From NCBI RefSeq assembly GCF_009914755.1, contig NC_060927.1: a DNA stretch of 64,000 nucleotides; one strand, given 5' to 3'. The stretch's first letter is position 1. Each line of letters begins with the position of its first letter. The DNA comes from the human T2T-CHM13v2.0 reference genome, Homo sapiens. The notes beneath the pieces were generated by a model. The model saw nothing but the letters and a program-made list of their open reading frames with translations, searched no databases and had not been told where the DNA came from. Below are positions 19,270-35,000 of this stretch, piece after piece. The translations under genes and the position numbers were made by a program.

Positions 19270-19875
19270 TTAACAAATTAGTCTCTAAATTTGATGTAAT
19301 CCAACAAAAATCCCTATGTGATTTATATCTGTGTAGCCATGCTACATATTATATAACAGTTATTTTTGTACATTTCTGGTGAAAGTGAAAGTTGGTAGAA
19401 CAATCTTAGAAAAAGGATTTCCAGAATTTAGTGCACTTGATGGTCATGTACACATGCAACAGCATCTAGAATAGATATGATAATTGTGGTCTTTTACACA
19501 ATGGACTATACACAGCATTGTATTTTAGCTATGACTATGAACAAGCAGGGATCAACCTTACACAGAATGTTGAGCAAAAGAAGCAAAACACATAAAAGAA
19601 TACAATATGATTACATTCATATAAAGTTCAAAAATAGACAAAATTAAGCTCTACTCTTCTTGGATACATGTTAAGTGGTAAATTATCCCGAAAAGCAAGT
19701 AAATAATTACTGTGAAATTCAAAATGGTATTTTCCTCCAGGAGAAAGTGAGGGGTTGAGTTTGTGGGTGCTGTCATGCAGGTTATATTATGTGGGGTGAC
19801 AACACAGACATTCACTTAAGGAATTTTTGTTAATGTCTTTTTTTTTAAATTTTTTAGTGTGGGGTTTATATTTCA
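19270..19875 (+). mobile_element. L1ME-type fragments
   Basis: aatgttgagcaaaagaagcaaaacac...ttcatataaagttcaaaaatagacaaaattaa. Confidence 0.6.
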
Positions 19876-19985
19876 CGAATGTCAAAAAAGATCATACTAC
19901 ACAGAACAACCTTCTTATTTTTTAACTCGGCAATTAATAGTGATTATTTTCCCAGACAATTACATAGGCTTTTAAAGATGAATCC

Positions 19986-20590
<605 letters not shown>

Positions 20591-20609
20591 ACAAATGGAT
20601 CTCAAAAGA

Positions 20610-20975
20610 TGACCTTCAATCTATGGTACCATAATTTATTTAAATGCTCACCCAATTTTGTATATTTTAACTTTGCTGTTCTTTTCTCTTATAAAATAGA
20701 GCACAATAGATCTACATATGTACAACTCTTTGCTTCATCTCCTATTGTTTCCTTAAGATAACATATTAGAGGTGTAATAGTGGAGTCAAATAGCATGCAT
20801 TTTACAATCCATGAATATAAAATCTATGAATATAAATGTTCCTGCCAAGTTTTCCTCAAGAAATTTTCCATCAAGTGACACTTCTACCAGCCGTTTATGA
20901 GAATGCTCATTTTCATTCACACTCACCAGCATGGCTATTAAAATGTCTTTGCTAATTTGGTAATTAACTAATTTA
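20610..20975 (-). mobile_element. L1ME-type ORF2 3' fragment
   Basis: ...cacttctaccagccgtttatgagaatgctcattttcattcacactcaccagca... matches antisense L1M ORF2 end. Confidence 0.5.
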
Positions 20976-21463
20976 AGTTCCATGAGAGTAGAGACCTTTA
21001 TATTTTTCACCAATATGACATCTTGCCCATACTAGGGCGCTCAATAAATATTTATTAACTAAAATATTTATATCTAACTTATTTTAATTGGCATGTATTG
21101 CTGAAAGTTCTCTTCGAGTTACTACTGTAAGTTGATATTTTCACAGATATTTTTCTTATATATCCTGGCAAATGACCATCATTACTACTTATTATTCAGG
21201 GGAATGCTTTTTTAAATATATAATTTAATCTCTATGGCCTTTTTTTTATTTTTTATTTTATTATACTTTAAGTTCTAGGGTACATGTGCACAACGTGCAA
21301 GTTTGTTACATATGTATACATGTGCCATGTTGGTGTGCTGCACCCATTAACTCATCATTTACATTAGGTATATCTCCTAATGCTATCCCTCCTCCCTCCC
21401 CCCACCCCATGACAGGCCCCGGTGTGTGATGTTCCCCACCCTGTGTCCAAGTGTTCTCATTGT

Positions 21464-22900
<1,437 letters not shown>

Positions 22901-22963
22901 TATGATGTTAGCTGGTTATTTTGCTCATTAGTTGATGCCATTTCTTCCTAGCATTGATGGTCT

Positions 22964-23974
22964 TTATAATTTGGCATGTTTTTGCAGTGGCTGGTACCAG
23001 TTGTTCCTTTCCATGTTTAGTGCTTCCTTCAGGAGCTCTTGTAGGGCAGGCCTGGTGATGATAAAATCTCTCAACTTTTGCTTGTCTGTAAAGGATTTTA
23101 TTTCTCCTTCATGTATGAAGCTTAGTTTGGCTGGATATGAAATTCTGGGTTGAAAATTCTTTTCTTTAACAATGTTGAATATTGACCCCCACTCTCTTCT
23201 GGCTTGTAGAATTTCTGCCGAGAGATCAGCTGTTAGTCTGATGGGCTTCTCTTTGTGGGTAACCCGACCTTTCTCTCTGGCTGCCCTTAACATTTGTTCC
23301 TTCATTTCAACTTTGGTGAATCTGACAATTATGTGTCTTGGACTTGCTCTTCTTGAGGAGTATCTTTGTGGCATTCTCTGTATTTCCTGAATTTGAATGT
23401 TGGCCTGCCTTGCTAGATTGGGGAAGTTCTCCTGGATAATATCCTGCAGAGTGTTTTCCAACTTGGTTCCATTCTCCCCGTTACTTTTAGGTACACCAAT
23501 CAGACGTAGATTTGGTCTTTTCACATAGTCCCATATTTCTTGGAGGCTTTGTTCATTTCTTTTTACTCTTTTTTCTCTAATCCCTTCTCTCTTCATTTCA
23601 TTCATTTGGTCTTCAATCACTGATACCCTTTCTTCTAGTTGATCAAATCAGCTACTGAAGCTTGTGCATTAGTCACGTAGTTCTCTTGCCATGGTTTTCA
23701 GTTCCATCAGGTGATTTAAGGACTTTTCTACCCTGGTTATTCTAGTTAGCCATTCGTCTAATCTTTTTTCAAGGTTTTTAGCTTCTTAGCATTGGGTTCA
23801 AAGTTCCTCCTTTAGCTCAGAGAAATTTGATCGTCTGAGGCCTTCTCTCAACTTGTCAAATTCATTCTCCATCTAGCTTTGTTCCGTTGCTGGCGAGGAG
23901 CTGTGTTCCTTTGGACAGGGAGAGGTGCTTTGATTTTTAGAATTTTCAGCTTTTCTGCTCTGTTTTTCCCCCAT
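22964..23974 (-). pseudogene. L1 ORF1 (RNA-binding protein) pseudogene
   Basis: ATG at 23972-23974; TAA at ~23669-23671; the C-terminal 218 aa are open (REKR..RNEQSLQEIWDYVKRPNLRLIGV...YPAKLSF). Confidence 0.9.
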
Positions 23975-24980
23975 CTTTGTGGTTTTATCTACCTTTGGTC
24001 TTTGATGATGGTGACGCAGAGATGGGGTTTTGGTGTGGATGTCCTTTGTTAGTTTTCCTTCTAACAGTCAGGACCCTCAGCTGCAGGTCTGTTGGAGTTT
24101 GCTGGAGGTCCACTCCAGACCCTGTTTGCCTGAGTATCAGCAGCGGAGGCTGGAGAACAGCAAATATTGCTGAACAACAGATGTTGCTGCCTGATCATTC
24201 CTCTGGAAGCTTCGTCTCAGAGGGGAACCCAAACGTGTGAGGTGTCAGTCTGCCCCTACTGGGGGGTGCCTCCCAGTTAGGCTACTCGGGGGTCAGGGAC
24301 CCACTTGAGGAGGCACTCTTCTGTTCTCAGATCTCAAACTCTGTGCTAGGAGAGGCACTATTGTCTTCAAAGCTGTCAGACAGGGACATTTAAGACTGCA
24401 GAGTTTGCTGCTGCCTTTTGTTCAGCTATGCCCTGCCCCCAGAGGTGGAGTCTACAAAGGCAGGCAGGCCTCATTGAGATGTGGTGGGCTCCACCCAGTT
24501 CCAGCTTCCTGGCCACTTTGTTTACCTACCTAAGCCTCAGCAATGGCGGGCACCCCTCCCCCAGCCTCACTGCCACTTTGCAGTTCGATCTCAGACTGCT
24601 GTGCTAGCAATGAGCGAGGCTCCGTGGGCATGGGACCCTCCGAGCCAGGTGTGGGATATAATCTCCTGGTGTGCCATTTGCTAAGACCACTGGAAAAGCG
24701 CAGTATTAGGGTGGGAGTGACCTGATTTTCCAGGTGCCCTCTGTAACAGCTTCCCTTGGCTAGGAAAGGGAACTCTCTGACCCCTTGCGCTTCCTGGGTG
24801 AGGTGATGCCTCGCCCTGCTTCGGCTCACGCTCCATGGGCTGCACCCACTGTCCAACAAGCCTCAGTGAGATGAACGTGGTACCTCAGTTAGAAATGCAG
24901 AAATCACCCATCTTCTGCGTTGCTTACGCTCAGAGCTGTAGACTGGAGCTGTTCCTATTCGGCCATCTTGGAACCCCCTC
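23975..24980 (-). promoter_or_regulatory. L1 5'UTR: internal sense promoter (YY1 site AAGATGGCC) and antisense promoter region
   Basis: ggccatctt at 24961-24969; full-length L1PA 5'UTR sequence. Confidence 0.75.
24543..24725 (+). CDS. ORF0: L1 antisense ORF0, truncated to 60 aa
   Basis: MAGTPPPASLPLCSSISDCCASNERGSVGMGPSEPGVGYNLLV...IRVGVT matches primate L1 ORF0; Kozak gcaATGG; premature TGA at 24723-24725. Confidence 0.8.
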   Translation: MAGTPPPASLPLCSSISDCCASNERGSVGMGPSEPGVGYNLLVCHLLRPLEKRSIRVGVT

Positions 24981-25829
24981 CATGGGTTTATTTTGTCTTG
25001 GTCAACTCTTGACTTAGTTTCTGTGTTACAGCATTAAGCATCCCACTAGTAGTAGTCACTATAAGGTACTCCTGTATAATCAGATCATACTACAAATTGA
25101 TGTTTGTAGCATGCATGTGTGTACACACCTATTTATACACTTGAGTTCTTAATGAGGACAGTAGAGCATATTGATTATGATGAAGATCTACAAAGTTGTT
25201 TTACACATAACTACATATACCTTGCCCTCATTGGTTTAGCAAACACTATTACATAATTCATCTACTTGAATGGAGAAGAGATAAAATGATAGATATTATA
25301 TATAAAGTGAAAATCACCTTTTCAGATTAACGATTTTCTCTTCCCAAACAGATGTTATCTTATGAACATTTGGGCAGTATCTATTTTATTGACTTGTTTA
25401 GATTATGAAAAACTGAGTTAGTTTAGCATGAATTTTCAATGTTGAGTTTGTAATTGCTTGAAGTTTGTCACTAGGAAGATAAAAAGGATCAGATGGCATT
25501 GCCCAATGGATGGGATAGTGCTCTTAATCTAATTAATTGAAAAATAAAAATGCAATAGTGTGATCTAGTTTTAGGATTGATGTAGTTTTAGCCATAAGCC
25601 AAGATTTATTTTTTACCTCATGCCTAACAACACAAACTCAATGAGCAAATGATATTTTTTTCACTGATAGGATCTTAGAATATAAAACAATCTACCTTTT
25701 ACCATCCCATTCCCATTTATTTAAACAAGGTTCATCAAAATTTTCTTACTTGCCAAATCTGATTTTTATTAAATACCTAATCAATATTCAATAAAAATGG
25801 CTCACATTTAAAATCCTATTTGAATGCTC

Positions 25830-27290
<1,461 letters not shown>

Positions 27291-27439
27291 TATGAAGTAT
27301 AGGTAAGGACAACAGTAAGTAAGTTGGTTTATTTATGTTATTTTGCTACAACTTACATTCAAAATATTATTAGATCAGTTATGTAAATAAGTTAGAAACA
27401 TAAGGTGAGAATCAAACTGATTGTGCATGATATACTGCT

Positions 27440-27985
27440 AGGTTAGAAGTCACTTGTCAGCTATATAACATTGAGCAAGTCACCTAACTTTAATAATTTG
27501 TACCCCAGTTTCCTCATCTGTAAACCAGGCATGATAATACCCACCTGTGCTAATTAGGATATAGGCTAAATTTCTATAAAAAGATATTCTAAAATATGAC
27601 TTAAAGAAGATATATATAGATATAGATATATACACACACACATATGTGTATTGGAATATTTGCATTGGAAATGCAAAACCAACAATGATCTTTGAAGAAA
27701 ATGATGCCAAGTTCACACATATCACTTTGGCTCTCATTCTTTTCAAGAGAACTTACTCACATGGCCACCTATTCTTGCAAAGTATGTTAGGAAATATACC
27801 CTCTGTGTGGGTGACCATAGGCCATTTAAAACTTTCTTACTGGGAGAGAAAGGAGGAGATATATTGAATGGGCAGCTGCCCTACTACTTCATAATGCTGT
27901 TATGAGTATTTAGAAAGAACACATAAAATCATTTAAAACGGTATCTGGCACATGCTGAGGACTCTATAAATATTATCTATTATTT
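27440..27985 (+). mobile_element. MIR interrupted by an MLT1J-like LTR fragment (~27547-27885)
   Basis: MIR core (ttgagcaagtcacctaac...cagtttcctcatctgtaaa) resumes at ~27890 (cataatgctgttatgag...tctggcacatg); MLT1-like text lies between. Confidence 0.55.
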
Positions 27986-28513
27986 TTCTTTATAGTCAAG
28001 TAAACTGAGATTCAGGGAGTTTAAATAACTAGCCTTGGATACTTACACTGAGCAAGTGAAAGAGTAAGACTCTGAACTCTGGTCAGCCTGCGCATAAAGA
28101 TTTCCAGACTTCCCACTACCTAAAATGTACTGCACACTTACTGGAATCTGGAAAAGAAGAAATCAAGTCCTGTTTCTTGTTCTATAACAGCATTTATTTT
28201 AGTGAATGTACCCTCTGTGTTCTTCAAACGGCTTTTTCATGTCAATAAAGTTCATGGAGTCGCAAGGTTTCTACACTTCCAGTTATCCCTGGAAGTATTT
28301 GGATTCTTGTCTGGATTTTGGCAATATCTCAGAGGTAACATCATCAAAGGAGTTGGGTAAAGGAGTATCTGCATTCATTAAGAGAAAGAAGTTTTCTGCC
28401 GTGTTTATGTTCAGATAACTTTTTCTATTATATGCAATGGAAGGGTTAGCATATAATAGAAGGCTGGTCTCGGTTTTGAGAAATTACAATCCACTTTTAA
28501 GTTCTTTACCTAG

Positions 28514-28968
28514 TGCAGTGGTTGAATGGTGCCCCTAAAATATATGTCCACATCCTAACCTCTGTAACCTGCGAATGTGACATTATCTGCAAAAAAATAA
28601 CTTTGAAGATGTAATTAAGTCAAATATTTTGAGATGATAAGATTATCGTAGATTACTCACTGGGCCCTAAATCCAATGATAAGTGTCCTAATGAGAGCCA
28701 GAAGTGAAGACACAGAGGGAGAAAATGCATGTGAAGACAGAAGCAGAGTTTAGGGTTTTGCAGCCACAAACCAAGGAACATCTGGGGCCACCAGAGGCAG
28801 GAAGATGTAAAGAAAAATTCTCTTCCAGAGTCTTTAGTAGAAATGTATCCATGCCAACACTTTGATTTTGTACTTCTAGCCTCCAGAATGGTAAGAAAAT
28901 AAATTTATGTTGTTTTAAACTACTGAGTTTGTGATAATTTGTTAGGGCTGCCCTAGTGAACTGATACA
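28514..28968 (+). mobile_element. MLT1C-like ERVL-MaLR solo LTR
   Basis: TG...ACA ends, ccacaaaccaaggaaca, agcctccagaa; TSD cctag / actag. Confidence 0.88.
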
Positions 28969-29629
28969 ACTAGTATAGAAATTTTAGCTGATAATTTGTT
29001 AATCAAGACCTGAAAGTAATGAGTAAGAGTGAAGGCACTGAGGCTAACAACACTTTTTCTACTTCTAGATCCCAAAGAATAGGAAAGGGTGAAAGAATGT
29101 GGTAGAAAATGCAAAGAAGAGAGTGAGAAAGACAGAGCAAAAGAGGGAGAGAGTCTCCTGAGCTGGTGGGGGGCAGCAGGATCCTCCAGGACTGCTTGAG
29201 GACCCAGGCTCAGTGGGAGGTGAGCAGACGCTGCAGGGGGCTCATCACATAGCTTCAGGGTCAACTTTCAAAGACACTCCATCCCTCCTGTGAGGGTTTC
29301 TTCCCTGGGTGACCTATCTACACTCAGAGTCACACGTAGTATTTGTGTATCATTATGGATAATTCCTCCAGAAATATTTTTAACTTTCAACTTTTAAAAT
29401 ACAACAAAACATATATGGAAGGGCTTACTGCACTGTGGGTACCATCTAGATGAGTTATCCCTAGAGGGTATCCCTGGGGAAGTCATGGCAAAAATGTCAT
29501 GGCTATGGGTGGCCCTGGTGAAAGAGGAGATTATCTGCTTGTTTTCTGCCAAGCAAGAGTTCATTTTTGTTAATAATTATTAAAAGTGTTAGTTTACATT
29601 AGTTACATTAGTTAGTGGCATTTCTATAG

Positions 29630-30000
29630 TATGTTGTTAGTATAACTGTGCTTTCACACAAACTGTCTCATTCATTCTTTACATTAGCCCTGTGTGGTGG
29701 ACAAGGATAGACATTATGATACTTTTATTAAAAAATCCTCATTTTTTAAGTGAAGAATCAGGGCATTTAGTGACTTGGTCAGAAAGAAAACAATGAATGG
29801 AACTGGAATTAAAAGGGAAGATTACTGATTCCTTTTATCCAATCTTAATTCTATGTTGTTCTTTCATCAACTATTCAACCAGCAATTATTGAGCTTCTAA
29901 TATATTCAATGCTAGGCATTAGACAGAAAGAGGCATAAAAGATGGAAGAGTTCCTGATTTCAGAAACATTGTGGTCTTCACAGAAAGACAAGCATACAAA
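29630..30000 (-). mobile_element. MIR plus L2 fragments
   Basis: tctcattcattctttaca...gaagaatcaggg...tgacttggtc; attcaaccagcaattattgagc...tgctaggcatt. Confidence 0.45.
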
Positions 30001-30810
30001 TGTCTATCTAACTTTTAAAGCAAAACGAAATATAAGGAGCAAAGCCTTGTGATAATTTCTTATAATAACAAGACTTTGATATGTTGTAATGGTGATTGGC
30101 GTCTTTTCTCCAATTAGCACCTATTGTTATACAAGGCTGTGGGCAAAAGTGGACATAGGGATTTAGGGAAAGCTAAGAAGAGAAATGATTTGACAAGTAT
30201 GAAAGTGCAAGGTGTCCCTGCATCATAAGTATTCTTCCAAGTTGAGAAACTGAAACCACTAAATGGAGAATTTGTGGTTTTGCTGTCACTATCCTGGATG
30301 TGTCAGCCAGCTGCAAAACCCAGACTTGTCCTTATTGAAATTTAAGCCAGAGCAGACAACCATCATTCAGTGGTACGCAGGACCAGGATACATTCGGGTC
30401 CTGCATTCAGACTCTTGTTTCAATTCTGCTCAAACCAATGCAAATTCTGGCCTTCATATGACTGTAAAAAATCATTATGTGTTCCAAATAAGATAACTGA
30501 CAAATAAAATGAAATTTAAATGTGAATAAAATCTGCTGGATGGTTTGAATTCTTCTTATTAAAATGTTTTAACATTGTTTTCCAGTTAATAAATTTTCTA
30601 TTTAAAATAATTCAAAAGTGTTTTTCTTAAATTATTCATTATAAAATTTGATTTTAAGCCAGGTTTTCTTACTTCTTCATTCCAGAGGCAGATGTTTCTC
30701 ACAGAGATGGTGGAACATAATTGCTTTCTTCTGTAGTAGAATTTGTATCTAGACATCAGAAAGCCAAAGTAGATCCCATTAATAAGACATGTTAGAGACC
30801 ATTTCCACTA

Positions 30811-33153
30811 TGGGCATCCTTCAAGGATATTGTAGGTTTGGTTTTCAGACTACTGCAATAAAGCAAGTATTGCAATGAAACCACTCACACAATTTTTTTG
30901 GTTTCCCTGTGCAGTAATAGTTATGTTTACACTATTCTCTAGTCCATCAAGTGTGCAAAGCATTGTTTTAAAAATGTACAGACCTTAATTTAAAAATACT
31001 TTATTCCTAAAAAATGCTAACAATCGTCTGAGCCTTCAGGGAACTATAATCTTTTTGCTTGTGGTAGGTCTTGCCTGGATATTGAAGGCTGCTGACTAAT
31101 CAGCATTGCTGAGGCGTGGGTGGCTGTGACAATTTCTTACAATAAGACAACAATAAAGTTTGCCACATTAATTGACTCTTCCTTTCACAAAAGAGTTCTC
31201 TGGAGCATGTGATGCTGTTTGATGGGATTTTACCCATAGTAGAACTTCTTTCAAAATTGCAGTCAATCCTCTCAAACCCTGCCTCTGCTTTATCAACTAA
31301 GTTTCTGTAATATTCTTAATTCTTTGCTGTCATTTAAACAACCTTCACAGCATTTTTACCAGGAGTTGATTTTACCTTAAAAACTACTTTCCATGCTCAT
31401 CCATTCGAGGCAACTCCTCATGCATTCAAATTATGAGATCACAGCAATTCAGTCACATCTTCAGACTCTCCTTCTAATTCTAATTCTCCTGCTGTTTTTA
31501 CCATGTCTGTAGTGACTCCCTTCTCTGAAGTCATGAACCCTTCAAAGTCATCTATGAGAGCTGGAATCAACTTTTACAAAATTATTGGTAATATTGCCAT
31601 TTTGATCTCTTTTCATCAATCACACGTTTTTAATGACATCCAGAATCATGAATCCTGTCCAGAAGGGTATTAATTTACTTTGCCCAGATCTATCAGAGAA
31701 ATCACTATCTATGCCAGCTAAAGCCTTATAAAATGTATTTCTTAAGTAATAATACTTGAAAGTTGAAATGACTCCTTGATCCATGGGCTGCAGAATAAAT
31801 GTTGTGTTAGCAGGCATAAAAACAACATTAATCTTTTTGCACATTTCCATCAGTGCTCCTGGGTAACCAGGTCCCTTGTCAATGAGCAGTAGTATTTTGA
31901 AAGGAATCATTTTTTTTTATAGCAGTAGGTCTTAACAGTGGGCTTAAAGTACTCAGCAAACCATGATATAAAGGGATAAGCTGTCATCCAGGCTTTGTTG
32001 TTCCATTTATAGAGTGCAGGCAGAGTAGATTTAGCATAATTTAAAGGGCCCTAGGATTTCCAAAATGGTAAATGAACTTTGGCTTCACCTTAAAGTCACC
32101 AGCTGCATTAGCCCCTAACAAAAAAGTCAGCCTGTCATTTGAAGCTTTGAAGCTTGGTTTTGACTTCTCCTTTCTAGCTATAAAAGTCCTAGATGGCATC
32201 TTTTTTCAATGTAAGGCTGTTTTATCTACATTGAAACTCTGTTGCTGGGATGGCATCTTCATCATTCATCTTAGCTAGATCTTCTGCAGCTTCTTCACCT
32301 GACACATGCTGCTTCACCTGACACTTTTATGTTATGAAGATGACTTCCTTAAACCTCATGAACCAGCCTCTACTAGCTTCAAACTTTTCTTCTTCAACTT
32401 CCTTACCTTCCTTAGCCTTCATAGAATTGAAGAGAGTTAGGGTCTTTCTCTGGATTAGGCTTTGGCTTAAGGGAATGTTGTGGCTGGTTTGATCTTCTAA
32501 TCAGACCTCTGAAACTTTCTTCTGATCAGCCATAAGACTTTGTTATCATTCATGCATTCACTGGAGTAGCACAGTTAATTTCCCGCAAGAACTTTTCCTT
32601 TGCATTCATTACTTGGCTAACTGTTTGGTGCAAGAGGCCTAGGCTTTTGACATACCTTCCTCACTAAGCTTAACCATTTCTAACTTTTGATTTAATGTGA
32701 GAGATGTGTGACTCTTCCTTTCATGTGAACACTCAGAGGCCATTGTAAGGTTATTAATTGGTCTAGCTTCAATATTGTTGTGTCTCAGGAAATAGGGAGG
32801 CTTGAAGAGAGGGAGAGAGGTGAGGGAATGGCTGGTTGGTGGAGAAGTCAGAGTACATAGCATTTATTCAGTTTGCCATCTTCTATGAATGTGTTTTGTG
32901 ATGCCCCAAAAACAGTTGCAATAATAAATCCAAGATCACTGATCACGTATCACCATAGCAGATATAATAATGATTAGAAAGTGTGAAATATTGTGGGAAT
33001 TACCCAAATGTCACACAGAGACACAAGGTGAACACATGCTGTTGGAAAAATGGTGCTGATAGACACAGGCTTGCCACAAACCTTCAATTTGTAAAAAACT
33101 CAATATCTATGAATCAAAACAGAAGTGAAGTGCAATTAAACAAGTTATGCCCG
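30811..33153 (-). mobile_element. Tigger1 DNA transposon (TcMar-Tigger), near full length, decayed pogo-type transposase
   Basis: Both termini (tgggcatccttc... / ...aagttatgcccg) with TA TSDs. Transposase remnants in ORFs 32639..32863 (LTLNQKLEMVKLSEEGMSKA) and 31620..31910 (KILLLID..PG.P...[18 protein letters not shown]). Confidence 0.93.
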
Positions 33154-34234
33154 TATTTCATTTACTGTAAAATTAGTAACACTATCCTTATATTCTCTTA
33201 AGTTGTACCTGTGTCCATTTACACTTTTACTCTTTTGTAATTATTGTAAGTGTACATAAGCATTTTCATTTACCAGCAGAGGAAACGGATCCTCAGAGAT
33301 GGTAAAAGTGGCAAGTGCAGCAACACATACTTATCAATGGGTGATTGGTTTATTTTGGACTGCATGTTCTCACATGCTCACTCTGTTTTATCAGAGCACT
33401 TTTTCTTGACTCAACTAAAATGCCAAGAGCAGCCAGACAGTCAAATAGAAATATTTGATTATTTGACTGTTAATATTTTCTTTCATGGCCTAAGTGTTAA
33501 TGACACCACAGATGAAACTGGAAAACTATTTGCCTGGGTTTTGGATGGTATTCAGTATTCTCAGCCCTGTGATGATGAAGGTAATGTGGGAAAGTTGAGG
33601 TGTGAGTGCAGTCCTGCTAATTAGATGCAGTCTGGATACTGGAATGTGATTGAGTACCGTTGACATACACATCACATCACTGATACCGTACTTGCCATCT
33701 CCTTTTCTTTCAGCTCTTAGATATGTCTTGGCAAATTATCAGTGCTGAAAAGAAGCATTTGAAAGCCAAAAGGAAGCTCAAGTGCAACAATATGGATTTA
33801 AGGAATCTGAAATGGCAACCACAAAGAAATTCTTCTAACAGTTTTTGAAGCTTGTTATTTCTTTAGCAACATGTCCTTCTTGTAGCCTTTGTGAGATCAA
33901 AAGAAGTATTAAAATCAAAGAGGCTTCCTCGATGTTTTATAGGGACTTATCACATAAAATGTGTTTTAGAATGGCAATGACGGACTTTTCCAGTTACTCA
34001 GAGATAAAAAAGATGCTCCAATGTCAAATGGAAAGCTGGAAAGAGAATTTAGGGCAAGCAGAAAATTTCACTCTCTGCCTTCTACATAAGCCTGCCTAGT
34101 GAAAAGCTAGAAGGCAGAAACATGATGGAAGACACACCAGTGTGTCGTCCCCTGAGCCCCAGATCATACTTTGGTTGTCTTATATTTGCAGGCTATTCCA
34201 AGAGATGGTTAGATCCCAGGCTGACTCTCTGGAG

Positions 34235-35000
34235 TGAGTACATTATAGCATGATTGTGAAGAATGTGAGTTTTTGACCCAGCTCGGTTGCTTATGAGCTC
34301 TGTGACCTGGGGCAAGTTTTATATCCTCTGTTTTCTTCCCACATATAAAATGGCTGTCACCTACTTAATTGCCATTCCTATCCCCCATCTTAGTTGGGAG
34401 AGCCTTGCTCCCACTCAACAGATTGACAGTGCTGTTATTCACTTTACCAGCTTCCTTTGCACTGAGAACCTGAGCATGATTCAGTCCAGTGAAATCTAGT
34501 GAGATCTCAGGGAAAGGCGCTTAGAGACATCTAAGATGTGAGAGGAAACTCTCCTTTTCTTTGCCAGTCACTGTAATCCCATGATGATGTAGCCACCTGG
34601 TAACTATGATAGATAACGGTGAGAAGGAAGCAAATATAAAAACGGTGACTTATTGGAGAGTTGTAAAGACCCTAGATTCTTTTGTTTTTCTTCTATTTAT
34701 TTTATTTTATTTTATTTTCCCCCCACTCCCCTAAATTCTTAATGGCATTCATAAATTACTGCACCAGCTCTGGCATATTCCCCTCTCCTGTCATCTTCTT
34801 CTTCTTATAAGAGACAATAATGGTCCTTAATGTTACACCAATTTTAGCTAGGTCTTCTGTAACTATAGCTGAAAAGATTATGAGATACAGTAATTATTAC
34901 TTACCCAGTTGTTGTGAGGGTTAAAGAATATAATGCATCTGAAATACAATACATTCAAATACAAGTCTTGACATATGTACATATAGCTCTAGATAAATAA
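34235..35000 (+). mobile_element. MIR split by an old MLT1 (K/L-like) LTR (~34345-34889)
   Basis: MIR 5' half (ctgtgacctggggcaagtt...ataaaatgg) and 3' half (gttgttgtgagggttaaag...) flank an LTR ending ...gagataca. Confidence 0.55.

Noticed and set aside
28206-28418. 70-aa ORF or possible minus-strand exon in unique sequence
   Set aside because: No recognisable homology, only a weak donor, and no supporting neighbouring exons.
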